Virus record (IMG/VR): IMGVR_UViG_3300022932_000017
Span: 9,821 to 73,820 of that record
Source: a virus
DNA: 64,000 bases
Reading direction: 5' to 3' (one strand)
Numbering within the stretch: the stretch's first letter is position 1; each line of letters starts with the position of its first letter. The notes beneath the pieces are model-generated. The model worked only from the letters and a program-made list of their open reading frames with translations, searched no databases and was not told the origin of the DNA. A program made the position numbers and the translations under genes. Below are positions 20,135 to 30,796 of this stretch, piece by piece.

Positions 20135-20761
20135 TTATGCAGGGTTAGAAACGCCATTATTTAAATTATCTTGAGGAATTTGTTTTAAAGGAAGCAACTT
20201 AGCCATTATTTTATCCAATACATAAGCCTCGTAGTTCTTTGGAATATTAACATTGGACGTTAACAAGTCGTCTCCGCTTACAGAACCTATCATTTTGATA
20301 GTTGCGGTGCCTTCTAAGAGATTATTATCGCTTACATATACAATCTTACCATCTTCAACTTTATATAGCACCATGCCTTTAGGAATGCCTATTAAATCTT
20401 GAGCAAAAGAACTTTGATTTTTCATAGGTATGCAATCCGAACAAGTATTTCCTGTAATCCTTACCGATACAATCTCCTGTCCATTAGGAAGCGCCGTAGG
20501 TGTCTGCGGAAGTACCGTATATTTTTCACCTCCAACCGATAAAATAGGTTGATTTTTAAATACGCTGATAAACTGATTATTTGCGTAAGCACTTTCACCT
20601 TGGTTAGAATTGGTAAATGAATCAAAAGTAGATGCTTCTGCTATATAAATCGCACATAATTCAGCAAAATAACGCAAGCTGTGATTCTTATCATCTGAAC
20701 TTTTACCGTTGTAATACATTTCTAACGCCAATTGCGCTAACTTTTTATATGTTGTTGCCAT
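20135..20761 (-). CDS. Neck/ring structural protein
   Basis: Position between MCP and tail tube genes; C-terminal PQDNLNN. Confidence 0.55.
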   Translation of the reverse strand: MATTYKKLAQLALEMYYNGKSSDDKNHSLRYFAELCAIYIAEASTFDSFTNSNQGESAYANNQFISVFKNQPILSVGGEKYTVLPQTPTALPNGQEIVSVRITGNTCSDCIPMKNQSSFAQDLIGIPKGMVLYKVEDGKIVYVSDNNLLEGTATIKMIGSVSGDDLLTSNVNIPKNYEAYVLDKIMAKLLPLKQIPQDNLNNGVSNPA

Positions 20762-21393
20762 TATGCTTGTGTTTGAATGTCTCTAGTTACTACCTGTTCC
20801 GCTTGAAAGTCCCTCATATTAAATAAAAGCATATCGCAAGCCATTAATATAATCTTGTCAATATCATCATCCTTCCATTTAGGTTGTACCGAGGTAGCGG
20901 AATTATATACCGGACGGTTATTAACCAACGTATATCCCCATACAGAAGGAACCAACTCTTGCAAGTAAATGAATATTGCCTCACCTAAATCTATAGGGTA
21001 AAACTGCAAATAACTAGCGTATTCTGTGTATACAGGGAACTCTGCTGTAGGATAATCATATTCACTCTTTAAATGACTTGAAAGCCTATCCTTCTCTACT
21101 CTCTGTATTTCATCGTTATTAACGCTCATTAGCGTGTCTATATGCAATAAATTATCTGGCTTAACATATCTGCCTGTATCAAGTATATCAATCGATATAG
21201 GGTCTGATAAGTATACACTCAAAGACTCTGTGTTGTTCTGGTCTACACCGTATCCGGCATAAAGCTTATTGTAGTACTTCTGTTCGGCTGAACCAAAAAC
21301 AAGATTGAACTGACTAGGACTTATATTCCCGTTAAACCCCGATTTATTAGCTAAGTATTGAAGTAATTTCTTGCAATCATCTATTGATCTCAT
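20761..21393 (-). CDS. Neck/ring structural protein
   Basis: NK..NGNISPSQFN, PTAEFPVY and WGYT...VYN motifs typical of this gene position. Confidence 0.6.
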   Translation of the reverse strand: MRSIDDCKKLLQYLANKSGFNGNISPSQFNLVFGSAEQKYYNKLYAGYGVDQNNTESLSVYLSDPISIDILDTGRYVKPDNLLHIDTLMSVNNDEIQRVEKDRLSSHLKSEYDYPTAEFPVYTEYASYLQFYPIDLGEAIFIYLQELVPSVWGYTLVNNRPVYNSATSVQPKWKDDDIDKIILMACDMLLFNMRDFQAEQVVTRDIQTQA

Positions 21394-21417
21394 ATCGCAT
21401 TGTTAATTAACATAAAA

Positions 21418-21425
21418 CAAAGGTA
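21418..21425 (-). promoter_or_regulatory. Sigma-A -7 box TACCTTTG
   Basis: TAnnTTTG immediately after a terminator, upstream of the tail genes. Confidence 0.7.
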
Positions 21426-21429
21426 AAAT

Positions 21430-21465
21430 AAAAAAGGGTTAGTAGTTTATTAGACCACCAACCCT
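21430..21465 (-). terminator. Rho-independent terminator
   Basis: AGGGTTGGTGG...CTACTAACCC followed by TTTTTTATTTT. Confidence 0.75.
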
Positions 21466-21492
21466 CAAGCAAAGCAACATATGGAAAAAACT

Positions 21493-22374
21493 TTAAGGCG
21501 CTGTAATCTGCAATTGTTCGTAAAATCCTAAAGCTTCTTTATTCCTAGACATAACTAGGCGTGCTACCTGTTCTGCAACGTCTCCTTGTGGGTTTACGTC
21601 ACAAATAACGTTAAGTGTATCTACATAGACCAACTTGCCTTCAATCAAAGTGAAGGATACTATATTGTTCATTAGCGCCTGTGAAATCAGGTACTTAATT
21701 TTATTTTTCGGATTAACAAACTCCCTCATAAATACATTAGGAAGCTCAATAGCCTTCAAGATTAGTTTCTTACGAATAATAACCTCGTCATCAATACCTC
21801 CTGATACATCAATACCAAATACAGCAGCGACCGGAGCCATTTCTTCAAATGTAGCCTCTCTAACCGCAGATTGAGCTTGGAAGCTAATATCACTGTCTTC
21901 AAATAATTTGTTGAGGTCTTCATCAGGATTAACTAACTTATATGCTGTAGGCACAGGACGTACTTGGTTTTTATTTCCTTCAAACTCGTCTTGAACCTCT
22001 ACCGCCATAACTTTAGCTTTGTCAGCAGAATCAACCTTCAATAAGCCGTTTTTGAATACAATTTCGTTTTGTGGAGATTCTAACTCTGTTTTAGTTGGCT
22101 TAGGCTTCTCCTGATCATCTAACCAAATACTAGGGTAACCGTACACATATCTCCATCTGCGCATCTCTCCGGTCTTAGGGTCTTTAGCGACACCTTCTGT
22201 AGGAAAAAATCTGATTGGAGGATAAGGAGCATGATCGGATTCTCTTGTTTCGTTATTAACAGGCTTCATTCTTTCAAAAGTCTGTGTTAAAATATAACGG
22301 TACTCTTTTGGAGTTTCCTTTGTCTTCGCTTTACCTAAGTTTGGATTCCCTCTTTTTGTTGTTACTGTTTCCAT
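21493..22374 (-). CDS. Conserved protein downstream of MCP (head assembly/structural)
   Basis: RRWRY..GYPSIWLDDQ and IVFKNGLLKV motifs; synteny. Confidence 0.55.
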   Translation of the reverse strand: METVTTKRGNPNLGKAKTKETPKEYRYILTQTFERMKPVNNETRESDHAPYPPIRFFPTEGVAKDPKTGEMRRWRYVYGYPSIWLDDQEKPKPTKTELESPQNEIVFKNGLLKVDSADKAKVMAVEVQDEFEGNKNQVRPVPTAYKLVNPDEDLNKLFEDSDISFQAQSAVREATFEEMAPVAAVFGIDVSGGIDDEVIIRKKLILKAIELPNVFMREFVNPKNKIKYLISQALMNNIVSFTLIEGKLVYVDTLNVICDVNPQGDVAEQVARLVMSRNKEALGFYEQLQITAP

Positions 22375-22394
22375 ATATTATTTATTGTTAAATT

Positions 22395-22428
22395 AAGAAA
22401 CCTCCATATCAATTAAGACATGGAGGTT
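22395..22428 (-). terminator. Terminator after MCP
   Basis: AACCTCCATGTC-TTAATT-GATATGGAGGTT-TCTT hairpin. Confidence 0.75.
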
Positions 22429-22435
22429 AGTGATT

Positions 22436-23788
22436 TTATTGACCTTTGAATATCGCATACTGTTGGCATCCAATGACTCTAGCCCCAAAATAACCGATGG
22501 TAGTGTTTACCAATTCAGCTTTAGTTGAAGTCGGAGTATCCGCAAATAATCCGTTTTGAGCTACGTGCCATTTATTACCTCCTTTTGGAGTTTGGTACAT
22601 AACAGTGAAACGAGGTACAGTTACAGTTGAACCTGATTCAGTGTTAGAAGAAGTCTTACCAACAGGCATAAACAAACTAAAGTTTGAACGTGCACCTAAG
22701 CCGCTTGAACCATAAGTTGTTTGTTCGTCAAATAAACCGTAGTTCGTAAAGTTGTATTTACGTCCGTAGATGTTTAACGATTTGAAGTTCCTGTTGATAT
22801 CAATTCCACCACGAGTTCCTGCATTGTCTGCATATATCACCGCACCGTTATTAACCTCGGTAAACAAAGCGTTTTGTTGCGCTTGGAAAGCTAAACCATC
22901 TGAAAGGATGTCATATTCTTTTGGTGCGCCTACTGCATTTAACGCTCTGTCTAAAGTAGCAAACTGTGCAGTACTCCAAACTCCGCTACCGTTAATACCG
23001 TTAGCCTGAACTTGTTTAATAACACCGTTGGAACCTTCCTCAACATAAGGCAAGTTGTTGGTTTGTGTACCCTCGAACAACAGCAAGTCCAATTCACGCA
23101 TTAAACGCATATCAGTGTCTTTTTGTTGTTTAGTAACATACGAGTATTGTCCGTTCACTTGGAACTCAATTTTCTCTGCCATTGCTAAGTCACCGAAGGT
23201 ATCATCAGCACGAATCTCTGTACAGTAGTTGGTATACAAGTCAGTATTACGGATGATTGTATCAGTTTTATCAGATTGCTCACCCAAGTACTTGTAACCA
23301 CGTCCCAACAGTTCGTCTCCTGCGATAACCGAAGCATTCTCACCTGTGTTAACCGGAGTTAATACCATAGTGTGTGCATTTGGAGTAGCCTTGTTAGGAA
23401 CAGCAGATACACGGGATTCTACACCTGTACGTGAGTTATAGAAAATGAATCCTAAGCCTCCAAGAGATTTAGTTCCTGATTGTGAGTAAGAACCTGTACC
23501 CAAAGTGATTGTTGCAGGTGCACCATTAGCAACAGTTACAGCGCCATTTGCAGTAATAAAACCTAAAGGGCGACCATGTGATTGATACCATTTGAATTGT
23601 TTGTTTGTCGATTTCTCTTCATTACCCATGATTTGGGATAATGCACCGTAAGGTACGAAACCGTAAAAGTCGAAATACTGATTGAACGCATGTACGTTTA
23701 CAATATTCAATCCTGAAATTAGTCCGTATCTGGTGATCGACGGATCAGTGTAATTTGCAGGGGTGGTATTTGGAGTGGTAATTGGCAT
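22436..23788 (-). CDS. Major capsid protein
   Basis: 450 aa after portal and scaffold; followed by a strong hairpin terminator; ELDLLLFEG and GSNGVIKQV motifs. Confidence 0.8.
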   Translation of the reverse strand: MPITTPNTTPANYTDPSITRYGLISGLNIVNVHAFNQYFDFYGFVPYGALSQIMGNEEKSTNKQFKWYQSHGRPLGFITANGAVTVANGAPATITLGTGSYSQSGTKSLGGLGFIFYNSRTGVESRVSAVPNKATPNAHTMVLTPVNTGENASVIAGDELLGRGYKYLGEQSDKTDTIIRNTDLYTNYCTEIRADDTFGDLAMAEKIEFQVNGQYSYVTKQQKDTDMRLMRELDLLLFEGTQTNNLPYVEEGSNGVIKQVQANGINGSGVWSTAQFATLDRALNAVGAPKEYDILSDGLAFQAQQNALFTEVNNGAVIYADNAGTRGGIDINRNFKSLNIYGRKYNFTNYGLFDEQTTYGSSGLGARSNFSLFMPVGKTSSNTESGSTVTVPRFTVMYQTPKGGNKWHVAQNGLFADTPTSTKAELVNTTIGYFGARVIGCQQYAIFKGQ

Positions 23789-23819
23789 TTTTTCTTTAAT
23801 TTAAAAGGTTAAAACTTAG

Positions 23820-24884
23820 TTAAGCATTACCCCATATCATACTTGGAACATCGGCACTCAATTCAGGACTTCCTTGTGGCGTAGTAAGGTCAAGGTTTTT
23901 GATCTCCGCTACAACCTTCTTAGTTGCCTCTGTTTTCATTTGAGTTGCTGTAGATGCAATGATCTTCTTAATGTTTTCAAGCTTATACACATCCTCGGTA
24001 ATCGCTTTAACATTAGGGTTTCCTTCTGCATCAAACCATCCTCTTTTAGTAAGATAGTCTTTCACTTCAAACTGCTTCATGTATTCAGTCATAACCCCTT
24101 TCTCCTGATCCGTTATCTTATAGCTGACTTCCTCGCCGTCTATGTCAAACTTGAAATCCGATACTGTAGGTATTCCTGCTACAACCTTAGCCTCCCACTC
24201 ACGATTTGATTCGTCAATCTGCTCTTGAGTTAATGCGGGTGTTTGAGGTGTTGCCTCTGCTGTTGGTATTTTGGGTAATTCTATTGCTTTTTTCTGTTCA
24301 TTGTTCCATAACCTAGCATCTCTGCCGTCACGCTCTAGCATAAGCTCTCTGCGTTCCACATCTTCATTGTGGGCTATAGCTCTCTGATATTTTTCGGGTT
24401 CTAAATCCGCATCAATTGAATCTGTATCAATTCTGTCGAATGTTTTACCGTATTTGAATTTAATCTCCGACTCAATGTCTTTCTGACTCCAAGAAGGGTT
24501 TTCCTTTTTAAGCTTGTACTCAATGTTCTCTCTATCGGAGATTACTGTGTAGTCCCTAAACTTCTCATCGAAGTAACTTTTTAACTCTTCTTCTTTGCCG
24601 TCTAAGATAGCTTGGTAGATTTGCTTAGAATAGTCATCCTTAAATTCAGGGTGCTTCTCAATAATCTTTTCTACCTCTACAATCTTTTCTTGGATAGTCG
24701 GTTCTACGACTTCTGCCGCAGGAGTAACTACAGGCACATCTACAGTTGCCGGAGGTTCAGGTGTACCTACTACAGGAGGAGTCTCTTCTACTTTATGAGC
24801 TACTTCCGGTGTAGTTCCACCCCATACATCAGGTGCTACGTTTTGTACTTGCTCTACTTGTGTTTCTACTTGTTGATTTTCCAT
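23820..24884 (-). CDS. Putative capsid scaffolding protein
   Basis: Acidic, P/E/V-rich N-terminus; between portal and MCP. Confidence 0.65.
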   Translation of the reverse strand: MENQQVETQVEQVQNVAPDVWGGTTPEVAHKVEETPPVVGTPEPPATVDVPVVTPAAEVVEPTIQEKIVEVEKIIEKHPEFKDDYSKQIYQAILDGKEEELKSYFDEKFRDYTVISDRENIEYKLKKENPSWSQKDIESEIKFKYGKTFDRIDTDSIDADLEPEKYQRAIAHNEDVERRELMLERDGRDARLWNNEQKKAIELPKIPTAEATPQTPALTQEQIDESNREWEAKVVAGIPTVSDFKFDIDGEEVSYKITDQEKGVMTEYMKQFEVKDYLTKRGWFDAEGNPNVKAITEDVYKLENIKKIIASTATQMKTEATKKVVAEIKNLDLTTPQGSPELSADVPSMIWGNA

Positions 24885-24935
24885 AATCGTTTACAAATCT
24901 TGTGTTATTTATTCACTATTCCAAATTAGTTCTTT

Positions 24936-27425
24936 TTATGCCACCATTTGAGGCTGTTCAGGAGCTTCTTCTTGCATCGGCTGACCCATCGCCTCACCTT
25001 GCGGTAATTGTCCTTCCTGTGTAGCCATTTGCTGTTGTTCCATCTGTTGTTGTTCGGCTTGCTGATCTTCCTGTTCCTGCCTTATTTGTTCCATTAAAAT
25101 TTGCTTGTTGGAAATGTCGATCAATCCCACGCCTTCAAAAATAAATCCGGGCAAATCTTTCATTGAACTACCTTCTTTAGAAAGTATTGATTTCATTAGC
25201 TCAACTTTTAGTATAGAGGTATACTTAACAAGTTCGTTTTCTTTCAATGCCTCTGTTTCTTCTACAACACCTTGTGATTTAAGTTGCGCCTTCAATACTT
25301 CTAGCTCTTTGTCTTGAGTTCCTTTTTCTTGTGCCGCAGCAACAGCAGCTTGTGTATTCTCTTGTGAGGCTCGTGAGGCTTGTTCCTGCGCTTCTTTAAG
25401 ACGTTTCTTCATCCTTGATGATAGCATATAGCTTGCATATTTAAGATTGTTCTTAGCAAGCAACCTTACGTCAATAGCATCTTCCAAAGTAATCTCTTTC
25501 TGTGATAATGCCACCTGAATGTTTTGCTCTAAGTATTGAGCTTCCTTGTCATCTATTACCGCCTGTATCTTAACATCAAAGTTGCACTTCTCAAAATCAT
25601 CCGTAGCCTCTAACCTGATATATTCAATTCTTTCAGAACCTAATGCCATTCTGTACCCATCGTAATATCTTTCTCCTTTCTTCTTATGAACGAGTATGTC
25701 CCATAACCTCTGCCCTGCAATCTTAGCAGTTCTTTCGTCTATATCAAGGAAAGCGTCATAAATGTAATTTGAAGCGCTCTCACCGATTTGTTTTGCGTCC
25801 TGTAATGTTTTATTCCCTACAGCTTGATTGGTAATGTTACCTGCCGCTAGGTTATTGTCCCCAATGATCTTTTGAAGTTTATCGTATTCAGCATTCCATA
25901 CCCCCATCAACTGTTCTAATTTAGCAGAGAAAGGAACGTTTGCCGGAGTAATAGGAGGTTGATTGTCCCTAGAGTTAATTCCTTCATCAGAAACTCTCTT
26001 GTAATACTGAATACCCGTTTGTTTGTAGATTTTGTAAAGTTCAAATGGACTTACACTCTCCATTCCCTCTCCCAAAGTAATATCACTCATTTGAGAAATA
26101 TCTACCATGTATCCATCCGGTGCGGCAGCAGCAATGATTTTCTGTTGTTGCAGTTGAACCAATTGCATCATCTTAATAGATGGAATCATAGTTTCAATAA
26201 GCGGAGTATTTACCATCTTATTGTTCCCATACATGTGAGTGACATACGGAAGAGTTACCTCTAAAAGATTTTTGTCATTCTTAACTTGGTTCTTTGCTAA
26301 TCCCCACTCTAAAACAAATTGGCTTTTAGTCAACATAACCCCGACATATTCTACTTCGTATGGTGGAGACTGAATATTTGGTTTTTCAGGGTTTAACTTT
26401 TCTTTTCTGTCTAAAACCTCCTTGCCGAACCTATCTGTGTTAACCTGATATTTTAAGTTGTTTACCGCTTTAAAGGATAGTTGTATTACCTCAACACTAA
26501 ACCCATCGTAAGGTCTGTCAATAGCCTGATTGTATTCAGGTGTCCATCCCCAACCAAAGTTAGTATCGTTGCCGTTAAGACCCTTATTTGATATTGCCAG
26601 TTCAAATAGCTTTTCTTCACCACCAAGTCTAGTAACTGCTTTAGGGTACTTCATCCTTATCTCTGATATTTTCATCAGATTCACCCCCCCCTTGTAAGTA
26701 GCGTCTCTAAAGTCATCCCACTCACTGTAAGAAGATACAATATTCTCCGGCTTAGTTACTCCAATTTTAATCTTGCCGTTACCATCTAGGTAAGTATATG
26801 TTTGGGCGATACCTGCGGTAATCAAATCATATAGAATGCGTTTCTTAATGATCTTATCCCAATTGTTATCGTAAAATATTAAGTCAATGCCCTGTTCTAA
26901 AATAACCTCTTCACGCTCCTTATAGTTGAATCCGAAGTGAATGTCAATCTCCCGTTCGTCTTTAGGATCATCATCACTAAATTCTTCCAGTTCTAATCCA
27001 GACTCCTGTTGTATAGCTTGAATCTTTTCTTTATTCTTCATCTTGAACAAAGCATCCATCTTCGCTTTATCTTTTTTGCTTTGCGTAAAGGGGTCAATAG
27101 CATTTGCCTGAATCTTCTCTATACGCTGCATGTAACGGTCTATAAGACGGTTTACAAAGGGAATAGCAATGGGCGTAGGGGAATAGTCTAGGTTTATCAT
27201 AGACATATCTCCATCAAGGTCTAATATATCTTTATACTCTTGCATGGGTTGTTTACCCATAGCAAATAACCTGTTGTAATCATATCGGTTCCTTCGTCCT
27301 GATGCACCTTCCGTAGTACCGTTCGTCCACTTCTCATAAGCAGAGATTAACAGTCTTTTTCCAAATTCTAAACTATCCTTTGTAGTGTCCGGTGCTATAG
27401 GTGAAAGGTTTACTGCATCATTCAT
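24936..27425 (-). CDS. Portal protein
   Basis: RLFAMGKQPMQEYKDIL...INLDYSPTPIAIPFV motif; follows TerL; Q/E-rich tail. Confidence 0.85.
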   Translation of the reverse strand: MNDAVNLSPIAPDTTKDSLEFGKRLLISAYEKWTNGTTEGASGRRNRYDYNRLFAMGKQPMQEYKDILDLDGDMSMINLDYSPTPIAIPFVNRLIDRYMQRIEKIQANAIDPFTQSKKDKAKMDALFKMKNKEKIQAIQQESGLELEEFSDDDPKDEREIDIHFGFNYKEREEVILEQGIDLIFYDNNWDKIIKKRILYDLITAGIAQTYTYLDGNGKIKIGVTKPENIVSSYSEWDDFRDATYKGGVNLMKISEIRMKYPKAVTRLGGEEKLFELAISNKGLNGNDTNFGWGWTPEYNQAIDRPYDGFSVEVIQLSFKAVNNLKYQVNTDRFGKEVLDRKEKLNPEKPNIQSPPYEVEYVGVMLTKSQFVLEWGLAKNQVKNDKNLLEVTLPYVTHMYGNNKMVNTPLIETMIPSIKMMQLVQLQQQKIIAAAAPDGYMVDISQMSDITLGEGMESVSPFELYKIYKQTGIQYYKRVSDEGINSRDNQPPITPANVPFSAKLEQLMGVWNAEYDKLQKIIGDNNLAAGNITNQAVGNKTLQDAKQIGESASNYIYDAFLDIDERTAKIAGQRLWDILVHKKKGERYYDGYRMALGSERIEYIRLEATDDFEKCNFDVKIQAVIDDKEAQYLEQNIQVALSQKEITLEDAIDVRLLAKNNLKYASYMLSSRMKKRLKEAQEQASRASQENTQAAVAAAQEKGTQDKELEVLKAQLKSQGVVEETEALKENELVKYTSILKVELMKSILSKEGSSMKDLPGFIFEGVGLIDISNKQILMEQIRQEQEDQQAEQQQMEQQQMATQEGQLPQGEAMGQPMQEEAPEQPQMVA

Positions 27426-27440
27426 AATTTAATTTTTTAT

Positions 27441-27448
27441 CAAATGTA
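27441..27448 (-). promoter_or_regulatory. Sigma-A -7 box TACATTTG
   Basis: TAnnTTTG 15 nt upstream of the portal start. Confidence 0.65.
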
Positions 27449-27452
27449 GATA

Positions 27453-29636
27453 TTATACGTTATATTTCTTTGATTTACGGATTTTCATGAACGTTACGAC
27501 CTTGTTTACTGTTGTTTGTTTGCCTGTAGCTTCTTTCAATCCCATCAGCGCATATCCCCACGCCATACAAGCATCATAGTCTCCACGATCGTTAATATCA
27601 AAGTCCCTCATATCTTTTAGAAGTCTAAGAAACTTGATTTTCTTCATGTTGTTTATGGAGTATTCAATCATTTCCGTTAAATGCTGCTCTCTGGCTTCTT
27701 TATTCTGTGGAGGTACACCATACGTCTCTCTCTTATCAGAAAGTCTTGTAGTCATCAGATAACCAAACTTGTGATCGTGGTTTAATGGAGAGGCTAAACG
27801 TCTTGTGGGTGAAGTAGCATAATCTTCCCAATCTGTAGGGGCACGCTCTGCGAGCATTTTTATGCCGTAGTATTCTAATCCCCAAAATACCTGATCGTGA
27901 AACGCTTCTTTTGTTTTAGGTCTTCCAATAAACATTGCTATAGGCATTCCTGATTTTTCAGGGTTTAACGCATCGTATCTCTTATGAACGATCAAACAAG
28001 CATCAGATCCTTTATCTACAGCCGCCTTAGCATTAGCAAATGTATCTAGTCCGGCAGCACCATATATTGTGTTTTCAGGGCATTTAATGTTTCCCCTATA
28101 CGTAGATCGATTAGAACCTTCATCTAACAGTTCAATGATATACCACATTCCTTTAGGGTCATCTACAGGTATCTTCTTTCCATCATGCCCATTTTTAAAG
28201 CTCATGCGCCTACCGAACTCTTGCTTCCCACCCATACGGACTAATTCATCTTCAATGTACTGGATCTGTTCGTTTAAAGCATCTAAATCAAAATTACACC
28301 TGTTGTTAGCACCCTTAAATACTTCTTTCCATTCAAAAGGGTATTTACGAACCTGCTCTGCATATTGTTCAGGATCATTAGCTTTCATGTTCCTAGCTTC
28401 CTGTAAGAATGCCTTTGCTCCAATTGTAGGGTCAAGACAAGCCAAGTCCCCTGTAGAAGGGTCAATTACCGTAGCCATGAATGCGGATTGTTCAGGAGTA
28501 GGAGTTTCCACTACAGAATTACCGTATTTATCAATATATCCTAATAAACCTCTATACCCTGCAATAAAGAATCTTTTTAAGCACGTCTCTGTTCTACCGA
28601 ACCTGTCTTTCTTTCCGTCAATATGATTTGAACCATCCCATATCTTTCTAAAGTTCTCTCCCCCTTTATCTCCTTTGTTTACCGTACTGAACACCGACAC
28701 GTGACCTCCAATAGAGGAACCTACAACAAGCGTATCACTGATTTTATTTAAAAGGGTTTGTACGTTGACCTTCTCAAACTTACCCGCTTCATCAATGATA
28801 ATCCTTCTTGCACGTCTACCATCATAAGCATTCTCCGCAGTATCTAGGTAATTAATCCTATTGTTCAACCCTTTATCAGAGGTAACCATTTTGTTATTGC
28901 TGCTGATCTTCTTTTGAGGCTTTGCGATATGGATTTCAGATTCAGTTACCTTGTTTAGTTCCGGCATAAAGAACGGAGGTAAGTTTTCCAACCCATTCTT
29001 TATCATCAAGTACATCTCATAAGCATCCGTACCCGTCTTAGATACAATACCTTGTAAAGTATTGTTTTCTATTATGCCTATCTGTAAGTGAATAGATGAT
29101 GCCATAGAGGACAATCCTAAACGTCTACCCTTTATCCCGCAATCCCCTAATGTTCCCCGATCTTTTTCACATAATTCATAGAACCTGTAGTACTCTAGCG
29201 AAGTATCCTTATAAGATGGGAATATCTGTTCAATTAATAAAACAAACCATTGGTGGAAAAATAAACAGTATTTATTAAAGTAGGTTGGCACTCCGTTTAT
29301 CATTATCCATTCTCCGGTATGCAAACGTTCAATAGCAGACTCGTACCAAGTCATCTGTTCTTCCCACTTCTTGTACTCTCTTTTCTCTGCGGCATTTAAA
29401 GTATTCTGTCTCTTTTCGTAATTAGGGATAGGGTTAGTAAACCATAAACGTCCTAATAAAGGGTCAGTATTCCATTCCCATCTTTCGTATTCAGTATCCC
29501 GAACCCATACCTGATCTTCTATGTTCTCTTCCCAATTACGAATAGACCTTAATGGAGGGATAGGAGGATCTGTATAAATTAAACCCTGAACTTCATGTTC
29601 TACAACCGCTCCTACATTAATCTTACTTTGCGCCAT
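27453..29636 (-). CDS. terL: Terminase large subunit
   Basis: Walker A-like KGRRLGLS, Walker B IIIDEAGK, coupling motif FSTV, nuclease acidic motifs GLDTF and DYDACMA. Confidence 0.9.
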   Translation of the reverse strand: MAQSKINVGAVVEHEVQGLIYTDPPIPPLRSIRNWEENIEDQVWVRDTEYERWEWNTDPLLGRLWFTNPIPNYEKRQNTLNAAEKREYKKWEEQMTWYESAIERLHTGEWIMINGVPTYFNKYCLFFHQWFVLLIEQIFPSYKDTSLEYYRFYELCEKDRGTLGDCGIKGRRLGLSSMASSIHLQIGIIENNTLQGIVSKTGTDAYEMYLMIKNGLENLPPFFMPELNKVTESEIHIAKPQKKISSNNKMVTSDKGLNNRINYLDTAENAYDGRRARRIIIDEAGKFEKVNVQTLLNKISDTLVVGSSIGGHVSVFSTVNKGDKGGENFRKIWDGSNHIDGKKDRFGRTETCLKRFFIAGYRGLLGYIDKYGNSVVETPTPEQSAFMATVIDPSTGDLACLDPTIGAKAFLQEARNMKANDPEQYAEQVRKYPFEWKEVFKGANNRCNFDLDALNEQIQYIEDELVRMGGKQEFGRRMSFKNGHDGKKIPVDDPKGMWYIIELLDEGSNRSTYRGNIKCPENTIYGAAGLDTFANAKAAVDKGSDACLIVHKRYDALNPEKSGMPIAMFIGRPKTKEAFHDQVFWGLEYYGIKMLAERAPTDWEDYATSPTRRLASPLNHDHKFGYLMTTRLSDKRETYGVPPQNKEAREQHLTEMIEYSINNMKKIKFLRLLKDMRDFDINDRGDYDACMAWGYALMGLKEATGKQTTVNKVVTFMKIRKSKKYNV

Positions 29637-30057
29637 TCAATTTTAGTTTAATCTTTTCTGTTGCTTCTTCAAAGACATTCCTATGCTCCCCTTTAAACTC
29701 TGGTTCATCTTCTTCCTCTTTTTTAGGCTTAGCATCTTCCTTAGTTAAAGTAGTGACCATTTCCTGCTTAGCGAAGTCTGACAATGCTTTGAAGTTTTTC
29801 ATATTCCCAATCAAAGATAAGAACCGTTCATAGATTTTATTCTTCTTGGAGCCTAGCATCAACAGTTGATTGTCTAATTCATCATCAGCAAGCGTGCTAC
29901 TAGCGATTCTAACTACATCATCAGCTATTACCCCTGCTACATCATTACATGCCTGTACAAGCCTCTGTATATTATCCCCGTTGAACTTCTCTAGCTCGAC
30001 AATATAATCATCAACCTCTTTTTTTCCGCTCCTTATATACGACTTTATGGTTTTCAT
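29623..30057 (-). CDS. Putative terminase small subunit
   Basis: 144-aa helical protein overlapping the TerL start; call is positional. Confidence 0.45.
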   Translation of the reverse strand: MKTIKSYIRSGKKEVDDYIVELEKFNGDNIQRLVQACNDVAGVIADDVVRIASSTLADDELDNQLLMLGSKKNKIYERFLSLIGNMKNFKALSDFAKQEMVTTLTKEDAKPKKEEEDEPEFKGEHRNVFEEATEKIKLKLNGAK

Positions 30058-30796
30058 CTATTTTAGGTATTCTAATCTTAGTTTTTGCTTTCTTGGAGTC
30101 GTCAATAACTAATCTTGGTTTAACATTATGGTTTTTAAAGGTTTTATCAAATCCCTCAAACATTGTTGATATTTTAGCTTTGAACTCTTTCTGGAACAAC
30201 TCAAATAACTTCTGTCCCTGTAGAGTAGCGGAGTAAACAAACCCAAATCCTGCACCTCCTTTGTACTTAGCGGCTAACCCTCTTGCAACAACCCTATTTA
30301 GGGACGTTCTAAGCAACGATAAACTGTATGGCAGGAATAACACTAGGTCTTTAACATTAATCCACTCATGGCAGCATAACACCACTAGAATTGCAAATTC
30401 TCTTTCAGCAAGATCATTGTCTTTTGTAAACTTCTGAATAACCGGAAAGGCAATAACCCCATCCACATAGTTTGACTTCTCTAATAAGTCCCTTTTTATT
30501 TTAAGGTAGTATACATCTGTAGCACGCTCTGAAATCTTTCTTTGGTTTATAGCAGACTTCTTTAGGTACTTCTTGAATCGGTCTGTCTGAATCCTTCCTA
30601 CAGTTTTTTTGTTTATGGTTTTACGGTCATCAACCTTGGCCTTCATCTTTACAATCTGCCGCCTTAAATCAGCTATGATCTTCCGGTAACGGATAGGAGC
30701 GACTCTAGGGTCATTCTGCTCAACCAAAGTCTGAAATTCCCTAGCGGTAATGTCTCCTAGTAATTCGTCTTTGTATAATGATTGATTTTCTGTCAT
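30011..30796 (-). CDS. Basic protein with MarR-like winged helix
   Basis: LAEREFAILVVL...LRTSLNRVVARGLAAK...YSATLQGQKL. Confidence 0.55.
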   Translation of the reverse strand: MTENQSLYKDELLGDITAREFQTLVEQNDPRVAPIRYRKIIADLRRQIVKMKAKVDDRKTINKKTVGRIQTDRFKKYLKKSAINQRKISERATDVYYLKIKRDLLEKSNYVDGVIAFPVIQKFTKDNDLAEREFAILVVLCCHEWINVKDLVLFLPYSLSLLRTSLNRVVARGLAAKYKGGAGFGFVYSATLQGQKLFELFQKEFKAKISTMFEGFDKTFKNHNVKPRLVIDDSKKAKTKIRIPKIDENHKVVYKERKKRG